A DNA stretch of 64,000 nt from Phoronis australis (lineage: Eukaryota; Animalia; Phoronida): the NCBI GenBank assembly GCA_002633005.1, contig NMRA01000016.1:1195565-1259564 (forward strand), written 5' to 3'. Positions within the stretch are counted from its first letter, which is position 1. The number at the start of each line of letters is the position of its first letter. This document shows, one piece after another, positions 1 through 12,780 of the stretch. A program made the translations under genes and the position numbers. The notes beneath the pieces are model-generated. The model did not search any database. It saw only the letters and a program-made list of their open reading frames with translations, and was not told the origin of the DNA.

Positions 1-140
1 TTGGAACAATTTTTTGCTTTATTAATCGTTAGAACCGAGGTGAGAAGCTGACTAAAGGGTTTAGCAGTGTGCCCCAGTGAGACGCAACCCACAACCTTGA
101 GTAAAGGGAGCGGCCACCTACAAAACTAGGCCAGTACCTC
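1..140 (-). mobile_element. tRNA-derived SINE copy (same family as 63620-63780)
   Basis: Reverse complement aligns by eye to 63620-63780 (TGGCCTAGT A-box-like head, CTTTACTC.AGG, GCTAAACCCTT.AGTCAG, 3' AATAAAGCA..AAA..GTTCCA). Confidence 0.6.
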
Positions 141-529
141 TATAGATTTGGCCTCGGCTTACAAAAAGCTGATAGTTTGTTTTTCCTTGAGACCATGGTT
201 GACGAATAAAATGACACGGCGTGACACAACAACATGTAGAATCTGGTCTGGAGAAATAACGAATTGGAATTTCTGTGGAAGCTGAGAAAATGGGTGAATT
301 AAGGAACGATTTGGGGTCGATTTCATAACAGTAAGTGACATAAATTATAAGTTGTTTTTTGTGATGAAAAGTGGATTTAGAGGTTGTCATTAACCTTTAT
401 CATTTATCAGTCTGTAAACAAAGTAAACTCGTGTTACAAAACATATTGTGACCAAAACCCCTCATTTTCTTTTTATCTTTCAAAATGTTAATATTTCACT
501 AATGTTTCGTTTTTTTAAGAGTTGCTTAC

Positions 530-676
530 CAGTGGCGGATTTAGAGGGGGGCCATGCCCCCCCTAAAATTTTACCAGATTACATTTGGCAGTCCGGGGGT
601 GCGAATGCGTGACGGGCAAAGTCTTGGCTAATACTCTGCCCTGTCCCCCTAACTCAATATCCTGGATCCGCCTCTG
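530..676. mobile_element. MITE with 5-bp TSD (hAT5-like); reverse-complement copy at 25790-25955
   Basis: TIR CAGTGGCGGAT...ATCCGCCTCTG, TSD CTTAC (525-529, 677-681). Superfamily inferred from TIR and TSD length. Confidence 0.75.
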
Positions 677-826
677 CTTACTTCAGGGTTTGAAACAGCA
701 ACGAAGGCCACCTGAATATGATTCTTCAACTCCATCTTGCGGGAAAAAGTAATGAATCGTGACGAATTTACGTCAAAAATATATTTAAAAAATAAAACAT
801 AACTACATCAAATACAAACAAATCCT

Positions 827-3800
827 TTAAATGTCCGGACAACCCTTTTGGTTTGTCGTTTTGAAGTTGTTTGGATCAACGCCTGCATCTTCCATGCGCT
901 TCCTCAGGCGTTGCACGATCTTGTCGTCAAGAGTTTTGGTTCTGGCCAGGATCCACGCGTATTCGGTCTTGAGTGTTGATTTCAATAATTCGGAGCAGGA
1001 ATACACCAGAGAGTACGTTTCATAGTCGGTATCCACTACCCAGTATTTGCCATAAGGTTGGTACTCTGCAAAGAGCCAAAGTTGGGTTTGAGATACACGT
1101 AGAATGCCTTTTCATGTCAAAGTTGTTTTTTCCACTTCTTTGAATTAAGCCAATGCTTAAAGAGACTTCGAACGCGAAACACAAACTAAATTCCATTATT
1201 CAAAGTGGTTATCAATCTGCCACTGAGACAGAATTAACCAAGTATTTTTACGGTTTGTTAGTAAAAATGTTGAATTTCTGTTGATGTCAAATCATTTTTC
1301 TTTTAGTTTCAAATTTTAAAAAACGATATGTTAACGCTCGTTCTCCCATGAGGCAATGCACGTCCCCTTATTTGGTATGGCAAGATATAGACGTAGCACA
1401 TTTCCCTTAAATACGGAAAATGTAACCCTTTTTCTCTGATGTAAGAAGACAATATAGACTTCAAGCAGCAGCCAGTCCAATTAAAAGTAGTTGACGTTAG
1501 CGCTAGCTGTTTAAAAGTAGTTAAGAAGTTATCGTAATTTTCAAATACATTCTAAGATGCAATTGGAATTATTTCTGGGAAATCTGTTGCTTAACTGGGT
1601 TGCCTCATTCTTTGCTATCGACCTCAGATTCGGAGTTTGCTCACACGATAATCTTGTCTGTTTGTCTATTGACTGTGAGCATGCGCCCATTTATCATAAG
1701 TGGGATGGAGATTAGAAACTCTGTGGTGACTACATAGTTTTTCCTTAGCGCATATTTCAAAAATCGTGAATTTTGTGATTCTTTCTGGAAATTCCATGAC
1801 AGGGGAAAGTAAAAAAAATCTCTAGTAGACTTTGTGAGATTGTACTTTCTTCAAGAATTGTTTAAAAGATATGCTTGACGAGTTTTCGCGTTCCATGCCT
1901 TTTTAAATCGGTTATAAACCCGAGTGCCTTCAAATAAACGAACTTCTAACTTGGACCACTTATCGGTATAAAATTGGACTCGACTTGTTCATTACTCAGA
2001 TGAAAGGTTATTTCTGAGTTTGGAAACAACTTACATTCCATGCTGGGCGCATAAAGTGACCCGCCGTGACAAGCCAAATTGAGGAGTCTTGTCTTGAGCA
2101 ATAACCGTCGAACTTAAGTAGCCATAAAATGAATTTCAATTTGAACACGGAGCATTTTGAAACCTATTTAATAACGGCAAGTGATACCTAAATCAAAAGT
2201 CGTCTTCTGTGATGGAAAACGGGATTATAGCCGCTTCAAGGCTACGCCATTGTTTCTCTGCTGGCGCAAACCGCTCGTGTTGCTTTGATGTCTAGTTTAC
2301 TCTAATTTTAACCTGTTTTAAATTACTGAAAGGTCAAAATTGATATGTTTTAAGAGCTCAGCCCATAAAATGACGGAAGTAGTTTGTGAAACAGTCACCA
2401 TGCAGTATAGTTTGGCAGTCTTCATTAGCCAGGAAGAAGAGACAAGCAACATCAACTTTGGTATTCTTTGTCAAAATGGTCCGTGATTTTTAGTTTATAT
2501 CCATTTGCTGCCACTTCAAACGTTAGATATGCCATTCACGCCATCTCCGGTGATTTCAAGGCGTTCCTACATCCTATGTGTCTACCAGTGGAAGCACGGT
2601 TCATGAAAGATGAAACACACCATGTTTTCAAGTTTATCCCTGAAGAAATAGCCACACTTAACCTGCAATTACCTGAAAAACGAACTCCCAACTTTGAAGG
2701 AAACTTCTTATCTGGTACAAAGGCGTCGCCTGTAGCGTTTTTCAGCACGCCAGTCCTAATGATACACCAAAAACACATTCAGTTACCACATAGACCACCG
2801 CAGACGGAGATTTATGAGTGAGCTGTCTTACTCAAGTGGACGATATCTGAGCCTACAGGTCACGGCAAAGCGCGAAAAATTGAATGAATCAGTTATCTTA
2901 TTTTTAGCCTTAACGTGAACCGTCAGCTCGTTTACCGTTTACTTGAGACAGGCATATCAGTTCGTTACCATAAAATACAACTGAAAATAAAATAGAGTAC
3001 TTTTTGTTTTAAAGGAGAATACGACCCGTTTTAATTAGTCTTTTTTACCGTCTTAATCGGTCTATTGATTTCCACATCACCTCGCATACGGTCGACTTTT
3101 CCTTGTCGAGAGGTGTCGCGTTAACCTGTGAGGAAGGTGAGAAACGACGCAGCCACGTCAAAGTGAATGCCACTGTGTTGTCGTACATCGTTCCCGCTTG
3201 TCCGAGCTATGAAGCTGCGAGGAAAGCGGGCATTACCAGCAATTCGTAAACTAGGTCATCCGCCAGGTTCTCTGCGAAAACTAGGTCATCGCTTATGGAC
3301 CAGTTAGCGCTTCACTCTCCGCGTGTCTCGGTGTCTACTGGAGAGAAGCACCAGAAAGGTTGTTCTACATTTTGTAGCCCAAAATTACCAAAGTTCAAAT
3401 ATATTCCGTTGAAAAGGAAAGACAAAACATATTAGTACAGATGTCTGGCCAATCATGAGTGACTACTCGTAAGCAAATCAAAGCTGTCCTTACTCGTTGC
3501 CTTGTCTCGCACTACCCGTCAATCGACTAGTTTTCAGTTCGCAATGCAACAATACAATTCTCATAAATTCAACTTGTAATGACCCCTTTCAATTTTAAAC
3601 CATGCCCGAAGTACTCGGAAACAAATTATTGTTAGGTACAACGATTTTTTTTTCTCTGAAGTGGATCGTAAACACCTCAGGTGGCTGAGTTTTCCGCACA
3701 TAGCTACTTTGGCCTAGAGCTGAATTCTTAGCTCCCGCACTATGGGCCGGGCCGGTCAAGGGCTAATCCCTGTTGTACGCACTACTTAAGCATTGGAATC

Positions 3801-6800
3801 AAATTGTTATATATAGAGAAAACGTTTATTAGTATACTGGTGTGAATATTATCAGTGATTTAACCAAAAACTTCGAATTAACTAGACCCACTAATGCTAG
3901 TCTATGACGATAAACTGATATCAAAAGGCCAAAATTGGCAATTTTCGGCGACCCCATGTTAAATACAAAATTTTGTCTAATTTTCTTCAAAATCCTACAT
4001 TTCAATCTTGATTATACTGACATCTGTTGGGTCTATCGGCAACTAACCGCACATGAAAGGCTTGGTCCAAAATTATCGTTTTCTCACATGCACTTTCGGG
4101 TTTTTAGCGGCGATTCCACTGATCGAAGCGACAAAATAAGCCAAAACTTTGGCCATACCATGTTAAAGATAAAATTTTTTCCAATTTTGCTGAAACTTGG
4201 CCACGTTTTTAACAAAATACTTATCTATGTTATGTGCTATCGGCAAATGTGATTGATTCATAAATAAGACCCTCACGCTGTGTTTTCTGCGAATCCCATG
4301 TATTCTGAAGGGGGCTAACTGAGTGATTTTCGCGCATGCGCAATTCACGGTTTCAATATTGCTGGTAATGTTTTATATTTTTTCGACTTCCTCGAGCGCC
4401 CAAAATGCTTAGGAAGTGGCTTTCGGTAGTGAAGAATGAAAAGTACGCCGTTAATAGCAGGTATGAGGCCTGAAACATCTCCGTGTCTGTGGCCACGCGT
4501 TTTTGTGTGTTTAGAATTGAAAAAATCGCAAGTCTACAAGTACAACACCCAGCTACGGTCTCCTGTCTGTGTTTCACGGAAGAATGATTCGAATTTGACA
4601 CCAAACATATCCAAACTCCCGCGATCGACCAACAGAACTTTGTAGGCTACGGAACGTTCAAAGACATATAAATCCGTACCAGAGAAATAAAACAACACGT
4701 TTTTTTCAAGAATTCGTCGTATTTGTAAGGGTTTTACATCGAATTTTGATGATTTTTTTGGTGTATAACGATGAGTTCAAGCGATAACTTGACACCACTA
4801 AGCGTATTGTGAACGGCTGAACAGACTGTGTTCGAACCTATTACGTCATTGGTTAATTTCAACACCTCCGTCTGCCGTCAGGTGTCAGGTAAAACATCTG
4901 ATTTTGCAATTATCGAGTGGAACCAATCGATCTAAATTGATACAAAATAGGTTGTTTTTGAATGGCATTCTCCTTTAAGTACTCTAAGCAAATGTTTAAA
5001 TTTGCCTTAAAGCTTAATAGGTACATAAAACAACAAGAATGGATCAACTGAAATTTTCGGATATAATAATGTCCTTCGTCAACAGAAACAGAAATAAAGT
5101 AAAATCAAACACTATATGACAATTGACATTTAAGATGTGGCGTAGTGAATATGATACATTGCTGCAGAAAAAATTCAATGATATATAGTGTTTGATTTTA
5201 CTTTATTTCTGTTTCTGTTGACGAAGGACATTATTATATCCGAAATTAATTTTAGTTGATCCATTCTTGTTGTTTTATTTACCTATTTATATTCTACATT
5301 TCGTGAAACAGTAGTATCCTTGGGAGGACCTGGATCGCCTTATTTAGTTTCAGATTTATTTTCTACCTTAAAGATAAGTAATGATGTAACGTTCAAGCTT
5401 AGGAGATATAATGATTATACGTATATTTTCATACTAATCAGTATTAATCGTTGGTTTGATTGTGAAAGCCTTTCAAAAAAAGGAAAAAGTTATGTAGAAT
5501 TGTGCTATCGTGATAGAGGTAACGTTTCTATTTCACGAGACCTATTTTACCTTTTTGAGATTCCTCTGTTGAATACCTTAATGTGTCCGTTGTCCTTCAG
5601 CGTATAAGTGGCTTTTGTACACTCATTGTTGACTTGGAAGATGGCAAAGAAACTTTGGATTTCGTACCAGTCACCGAGATACTGAAAGTAAACAATGAGC
5701 TGTGCAGAATAGAATCGTATACGTGTTTAAAGCGAATGTGGCATTCTATGTTTTCTAGGATAGTAAATGAAGAGCTTGATGCCGCTTTACACTTTAGAAA
5801 TAATTAAAGGCAATTTCAACTATTCATATTGTTGTGCCATCGTTCTGCGGACCCATGTGCCTATATTCGGAGCTGTGCTTATATGTGAAATTTGGCACAT
5901 GCACCTATTCGTTAAACATCTGAAAGAGATGCTCTGAACACAGGCGAATCTGTGTGGCTCGTGGAATGTAGTGAAGAATCTTTCATAATACGCCTAAACG
6001 TTTTCGACCTCCATGTACATGTACTTATTTTGCAACTAAATTTTAGACACTTAGTTTACTTTTCAGTCAAATTCTCTTGGCATTTTCACTGGTTTTAATG
6101 GAAAGGTTATATTCGGTCAAACATTTCTTTAATTTCCCTCCAAACATCATGCACCACCAGGTGTCTTCCTGGCAATCGATTCAGATCTGGGTCAACTACT
6201 ATGTAGTAGTTTCTTTCATCGTTTACAAGGACGGGAACATTGAAACAAATTTTGCAATAGTTAGTCACAGACATGAACAAAAAACATGTTATTTCTATGT
6301 ATGTTACGAACATGATTGCGCGTTATAATCTAGGAAACGCGATGTCGAACCAAATCGCGTAAAAGCGTTTCACAAGGGTAATATTATGCGCGTTTGTCAA
6401 GGAAATTGCGTGTGCATGTATCCACACCAAGGTATGCACCTGCGCAAAGGACACCCAACTTCATCATGCGAAATTTTTCTTATGCCTATATGTGAAACAT
6501 TTGAGTGAAAAAAATGCTTTGAAAAAACGACTTATTTCAGATATAAGGGCATGGACCTAAGAACGGCAAAAATTACATTGAATCGTCAATCAAAATTTGC
6601 TATTTTTGGTTTAATTTTTCAAAGTTAGAATCAATAAGAAACAAGCATTTCTTCACTTGAGGCTGGAACTGAGGCACTGCCCATTTTTTCCATAAGGACT
6701 GACTTTTATTGCCGGTGGAAGGTGCATTCGCAACCGTCGCAACCATCTCCGCCGCAGTTACGATCATGGAAATGTTCAAATGGTCGAAATGCCAAGCGTT

Positions 6801-6991
6801 TTATTCGAATATCACATCGGCCATCTCTCAGTAATTGTTTTGCTGAAGTTTAAACCAGACGCAGAAACAAAGTGGCTTACCCTGGTAACGTTCAGTTCTG
6901 GTTTGAGCTTGATATCCGGACATTTCCCAAAACCTGGTACTTGCGCGCTGACAGCGACTAGCAAACTCACAGCGACGACGGCTTGGAACAT
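827..6991 (-). CDS. APOD: Apolipoprotein D-like lipocalin, 4 coding exons, 187 aa, signal peptide
   Basis: Exons 6991-6881 (MFQAVVAVSLLVAVSAQVPGFGKCPDIKLKPELNVTR), 5681-5551 (YLGDWYEIQSFFAIFQVNNECTKATYTLKDNGHIKVFNRGISK), 2755-2673 (TGVLKNATGDAFVPDKKFPSKLGVRFS), 1065-827 (YQPYGKYWVVDTDYETYSLVYSC...AWILAR...TNQKGCPDI*). All introns GT-AG with phases 0,2,1, the lipocalin pattern. GxWYE, TDY and WIL.R motifs and four Cys are present. Confidence 0.95.
3013..4974. mobile_element. Non-autonomous DNA transposon (Kolobok-type) in ApoD intron 2
   Basis: TTAA on both flanks (3009-3012, 4975-4978) and termini AGGAGAAT...ATTCTCCT. No recognisable transposase. Confidence 0.6.
5016..5287. repeat. Long inverted repeat (fold-back), ~110-bp arms
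   Basis: AATAGGTA..AAAACAACAAGAATGGATCAACT..GGATATAATAATGTCCTTCGTCAACAGAAACAGAAATAAAGTAAAATCAAACACTATAT is mirrored by its reverse complement at ~5175-5287. Confidence 0.9.
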
Positions 6992-7038
6992 TTTCAAAGT
7001 CTTCAGGAAATGGACTGGAGTTGGTGATGGAATGGGGG

Positions 7039-7046
7039 CTTTTATA
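7039..7046 (-). promoter_or_regulatory. TATA box of ApoD-like gene
   Basis: TATAAAAG ending 48 nt upstream of the ATG; Inr-like CCAGT ~28 nt downstream of the TATA start. Confidence 0.7.
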
Positions 7047-7500
7047 GCGAAAGGTGTTACATAAATGTTTCATAACCCAAGATACCACTGATGGAGGAAG
7101 ACAGGTGTTTTACGCGTTACCGTAACTCTGTGACAGTTTGGGGGGAGATGTTAAGAGTGGAACTTACACCGTGAGCTAAGTGTATATTAATTAACTATCT
7201 AGAACACAAGAAAAGATTTAATAAACAAAGGACATGTATTACTAATTATGATGACGCTACGATATGTATAAGAACGGCAATTCATATAGAACAAGTGCAA
7301 TTAGTAATTTAATTGTTCTTGTGAATTGGTACGTTATCCCCGGACAACACCGGTTGCCCATCTGAAGTCTTCCAAAGTCCTGATAATGATCTTATCTTTA
7401 CATAACCACCGGCAAAGGAATCGTCATGGAGCATGTTGACGAAATTATGTGATATGAGTAACCGCTTGGAAAATGCAAAATTTTGGGCTGTTAATTATAC

Positions 7501-7597
7501 TGTAGCGGTGGTGTTATATGCAGCGTTGTGTTTTATGTGTGTAGTGGATTACCTCCGGTGTCGACCTGACGGATAGATGCTCAGTCGTTTTGAAGTT
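7501..7597 (-). repeat. 3' LTR remnant of the Gypsy element
   Basis: Near-identical to 18461-18557; similarity stops where LINE sequence begins. Confidence 0.85.
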
Positions 7598-10515
7598 TTG
7601 ATATTTAAAAAGCAGGAGTAAAAGGAGATTTGAATTGATTAAAAATGCATTCTTATTTATTGATGTTTTCGAAAATTACAAACAGTGGTTATGAGAAAGA
7701 ATTTATTAAAAACTACTAAGCAACTCTAAAACTTTTAGAAAAAACTATAGGAGACTTACAAGACGTCACTCATATTGCTAGATTGTACTGGAGCGAGTTT
7801 CAAACCCCAGACAACCCGCGCGGCTTTTTATAACTAAACGAATGCACGTGAGGGTGAGTCCATGACATGAGTGACGTAATGAAACACCCCTATTAGAAGA
7901 GCCAATTAATAAAATGGCGCGAAACTGTAACTCTATAATTCACAAAGGGAGGGCGCGCCCGTCACACTCCTCCAACCTCAAATCTAATGTAAGTTATTTA
8001 ACATAGATCAAAATTATACAGTAGTGATTATCAAGGAACAATCCGCTATCCTCTCGGAGATCACTTGTTTTTATAAAAACTTATACTCCTGTAAAGACGG
8101 CGACCTTGTTGATGTTACTTTAAATGAACTTTTGGCATCGTGCCCAACCGAGTCGAAAATTTATCACTTTGGTTTCACTGCAGAATTTTTTTTAATTTTT
8201 TCTTTGGCCAGACCTTAAATATTACTTGTTCCGATCTTTTGAAGAAGGTATCAATAAAGGAGAATTATCTACAACGCAAAAACAGGGTATCATCTCAATA
8301 ATACCAAAAGAAAATAAACCAAGAGAACTCATCAAAAATTGGCATCCAATTTCACTATTGAATATTACTTACAAACTTTTCTCTGGTTGTATTGCTAGAC
8401 GCCTAAAAAGCGTTCTCGGACCCCTTATTCACGAGAACCTACAAGGTTTCATGAAAGGCAGATATATTGGGGAAAACATAAGAATTTTATAAGATGTAAT
8501 TCAGTTTTTAGATTGTAAACCCTTTCCCGGACTCCTGTTAATGATCGATTTTGAAAAAGCTTTCGACTCGGTCTCCTGGTCTTTCATCCTCAAGGCATTA
8601 TCATACTTTAACTTTGGCCCAAGGTTCATTGACACGATCAAAACTTTATACAACTAATCTTCTCTCTATGTTCTCCAACATGGATTTTTCTCTAAATTTT
8701 TGAAATGGGGAGAGTTTGTCGTCAAGGAGACCCCATTTCTCCTTACCTTTTTTATTATGTGTAGAAATATTGGGTAATTGAATTCGTCGGGATGGTGGCA
8801 TTACTGGTGTCAGGATAGGTGTTTCTGAGTTTAAATTGATCCAGTACGCTGACGACACTTGTTTAATTTTGGACGGTTCTGAGTTATCTCTTAGATCATC
8901 TTTGAATTTAATTGACCAATTTGCGAAATTTTCTGGTTTGAAGCCAAACATCGAGAAAACAAGATATGTTTGGATTGGTTCAAAAAGACTCTCACGAAAA
9001 ACTTTGTCAATGAGAACCTGTTATGGACCAACAAACCTTTCATGTTTTGGGGAATAAACTTCTCCACTGATTATAATACAATGCCGGGTATTAACTATAG
9101 TTGCAGGTTTTTGGAAATTTAGAAAATGGTGGGCTCTTGGTCAAGACGAATTCTTACTGTTTTAGGTAAAATAACCGTGGTTAAGACACTTTTATTGCCC
9201 AAGATTGTTCATTTGTTTCAATCCCTCCCTATCCCCTCCATTGACATGGTTCAAGAATTATAGCGAGTTTTTTGGCCTCATCTGGAATGGGAAGAATAAC
9301 ATATTTAGCCGAAATGAAATTGTACAAAATCAGGATCATGGTGGTCTAAAAACGGTTCATGTTAGTTTTTTTGGTAATTCTTTGAAAACACCCTGGCTTC
9401 GTAAACTATTCACCTCAAATACCATACGTGACCTTGCAGAGGCAGTTTTGGGCTGTAAAGTTGATACCTTTTTTAAAATGGGAGACACTTTCCTTAAAAA
9501 AATAGCTGAAGGCACTGACAATCTGTTCTGGAAGGAAGTTTTAAGCGATGTTGTGATCCTGTTTCAAATGTGTGACAAAAATGAAAATATTATTTACTCT
9601 CCCCTGTGGTATAATTTAGAGATTAAAGTTGGTAGAAAATCTATTTTCTACAAGACCTGGTATGAAAGGGATGTCTATCGTGTGTGTGATTTGTTTAATG
9701 CTGAAGGTTCTTTCATGTCATACGAACAACTCTGTAAGAGTTATAACTTTTAACCTCCAACATTAGAATTCTATGGATTAAGAAGTGCAACCTTTGCAGC
9801 GTACAGGGGTCTTAAGAGTAGACAAGACAATATCTTTTTACCAAATTTTCCAAGTAATATCTATAAAATTTTACATAATAAATCACAAGCGGTAATTTAT
9901 GACACCTTGGTACAGTCACTTCAGACAGCTTGTAAGTATAAAAACAAGTGGTCGTCTGAGATAGATATAAACGGTGTAAATAATATAAATTTTAGTGACT
10001 CTGATACATGGTGGAGAAAAGTAAATAAACTCCCCTTCAATTGTACAAAAGATACAAAATTGCGTTGGTTTCAATACCGCTTAATTCCCAGAATATTGCC
10101 AACTAATAGTTATATACATAAATTTAAAATAAAAACAAGTGATTTATGCTCTTTCTGTGGTGAACACAGTGAAACTTTTCTCCATCTGCTGGCTCCTGTT
10201 TGCTGATTGGTTAAAACAAACATATGTAAATTTTCATGTGGATAAGATAGCAGTGCTTTTTGTTTTTTAGAAAACATTTAGTCGGAAAATTGTAATATTA
10301 ATTTGTGAATCATGCTAGCAAAAAATTACATATGTAGTCAAAAGTTTGTTAAAAAAATATTGATATCGAATTTTTCATTAACTTTATTAAATTACATCCT
10401 GAAGGAAATACGGTACTTGTTGAGTAATGATTTAATGTTATTTAAACGATGTATAGTATGTTGTTTTATATGACTTGTAATTATCATGCTAGAGCAAAAT
10501 AAAATATGAAAAAGT
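7598..10515 (+). mobile_element. L1/Tx1-clade non-LTR retrotransposon, 5'-truncated, RT pseudogene
   Basis: QKQGIISIIPK..NWHPISLLNITYK, QGFMKGRYIGENI, IDFEKAFDSV, RQGDP.SP, QYADDT, GGL, and C-terminal CSFCGEHSETFLHL (zf-RVT). Many stops and frameshifts; A-rich tail ~10496-10513. The 5' boundary is approximate. Confidence 0.9.
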
Positions 10516-10719
10516 TATACAATAGTGACAGTGACCGACAACTTCAATAGGTGATAATAAGGTATTCAAGATATTTTAAAGGACAACAATGACATTAGTA
10601 ATTCACATATACAAAGACCTGACCGGTAGGACCATAATAAAATAGAGATAAAATATCTGCATAGAAAATGTCAACAACTAACTGGGAAACGATTAACAAC
10701 AACAATAACAACGTACAAC

Positions 10720-11076
10720 TCAAACACCAATAAATGTAACTTGACTTCGTTCCCACTCTAACAATTCATCTTCGTCTCCATTGAATTTCTCAAGCAGATA
10801 CAATTCCCCCATCCTGGCTCGTCGCTTGGCCTCCCATACTCGCCGCCAGTGCTTCCTGTTGGCGACCTCTTCTTTCTTGTATGGCGTTGTAGATTGATCC
10901 GCCTTTCTCTGGTGGCGACAGGTCTGGTGGGCCCTAGGTGACCGGAAACCGCATGAGCACGTGTACAGTATTACGGTGGTGCGGCAACACGTCGTTTCGT
11001 GGTCGATCACCTCTGTCACCTTCGCAAACACCCTACTACACTCTATGCACTTGTACTGATTCGAAACCTTCCCCAT
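10720..11076 (-). CDS. Accessory ORF in the Gypsy element with two C2H2/C2HC-like zinc-finger motifs
   Basis: Open frame MGKVSNQYKCIECSRVFAKVTEVIDHETTCC...YTCSCGFRSPRAHQTCRHQRK, sense to pol, just downstream of integrase. Confidence 0.5.
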   Translation of the reverse strand: MGKVSNQYKCIECSRVFAKVTEVIDHETTCCRTTVILYTCSCGFRSPRAHQTCRHQRKADQSTTPYKKEEVANRKHWRRVWEAKRRARMGELYLLEKFNGDEDELLEWERSQVTFIGV

Positions 11077-11132
11077 TATCTCCTCATACTCTCCAGCCTC
11101 TGGATGCAATTCTCTGCAATGACATATGTAAA

Positions 11133-12780
11133 TTAAATTACGGGGACAGAAATTTTAATAACTTGACGTCTATGGGATAGACAGACATCCCTGCCCACAC
11201 TGGGGGGCTCAGTGGGAATGTAGATATCTAGACTGTTCTTGGTTTCACCACCACATTGGTTACCGGTTTCCTCACTGGGAGGTTGATGTGAGTTTAAATT
11301 TAAACTGCTAAAAGGTTTATCTGGTTGTCGCCAGTCTCGGACATCTGAGTTAAAACAGGGTTTAAGGTGGTCCACGTGAACCGTAATCAAGGCTCCGGAT
11401 CTCTCAGCTTGAATTTTATACAAAAATTCGGTTATCTTTTTTAAACGAGATAGGGCCCTCTCCAACCCAACCCTAATTTCTGATTAGCAGAGGGTGGATA
11501 CCAACGAAAGACCAAATCACCCTCTTCAAACGCTCTGACTTTAAGTTTAGAATCATAATATGACTTTTGCCTGGACGCACTTGCTTTTAGTTTCCCACGA
11601 GCAAACTCGTGTGTAAACATCAATGTGGACTTTTACCACTCTACGTAAGCAGTCAAACACGATAAGTCTGTCTCATGTTGGGAATCATTGGGGTTTTCCA
11701 GCATGACGTCAATGGGAAGTGACACCTCGTGTCCAAATAACATTCGAAAGGGAGAACACCCTGTACTGTCATGCACCGTGGAACGGTACTCCAGCATAAC
11801 GTAAGGCAGGTGCCGGATCGTCCCAGTCTTGGTGGTTTTCGTCGACAAACATGGCAAGCATTTGCTGGACAGTTCGGTTAAATCTCTCGACCATGCCGTC
11901 AGACTGTGGTCTGTATGGCGTAGTTCTGGTTTTCGAGATTTCGAGCAAGGAACAGAGTTGAGACATACAGTGTAAGTTCACTCTCAAATTCTCTACCTTG
12001 ATCGGTATGTATGAATTTGGGAGTACCAAATCGACAAATAACTTCTTTAACGAGAGTGTCAGCAACAATGTAGGTTGTATGGTCAGGTAGACTGAAAGCT
12101 TCTGTCCATTTGCTGAAGTAATCGCCAACTACCATGATGTACTTGTTCCCGTTTTCTGTCTCAGGTAATAACCCCAAGATATCGATGGCAACTCGTTGGA
12201 AGGGAGCACCCACTCTGCTTTGCTTTAGAGGGGCCCGTCCACGCCCTGGTCCAGACTTGCGGCGTGCGCACGTGTCGCATTTGCGACACCACCATGTGAC
12301 ATCACCAATAGTAGCGGTACCTCACAGCTTTCAGGGTTCTCTCTCTTCCGAGGTGACCAGCTGTCCTGTTATCATGCAAGGCTTTCAATATCTCGGAACG
12401 CAACGTCTGAGGTACGACCAGCACCCAACGCTTTCCGTTTCCACAATCGTCGATCCATATGCGGTATAGTAAACCGTCGCGTATTTCAAGTAAACTCCAT
12501 TCGCTGAATAGCCTCTGTGCCTGATTACTATATTCAGCGATGGCATCACGGCTAGGTTTGTCAGGGGATTCTCTAAGAAGTCGAACGTAGGGGCCAACAA
12601 CACAGTTTTCCTCCTGCAGCCTCGCAAGCTCGTCAGGATTCCACGTTGGCAACCACACATTCGGCTCTGAATTACTTTGACGTGTCGTCCGTCGCTTATT
12701 GGCGGGCCTCAAGGCAGATACCACACTGGAGTCAGCACACTGGGTGCAATCGCCCGTTGACATCTCCTTCGTGGTTTGCG
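11133..12780 (-). pseudogene. Gypsy integrase (frameshifted)
   Basis: H..AGHLG zinc region, PFQRVAIDILG, YFSKWTEA, RFGTPKFIHTDQGREF, RTTPYRPQSDGMVERFNRT, STGCSPF, WRGPY, VHVDHLKP spread over several frames. Confidence 0.92.
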
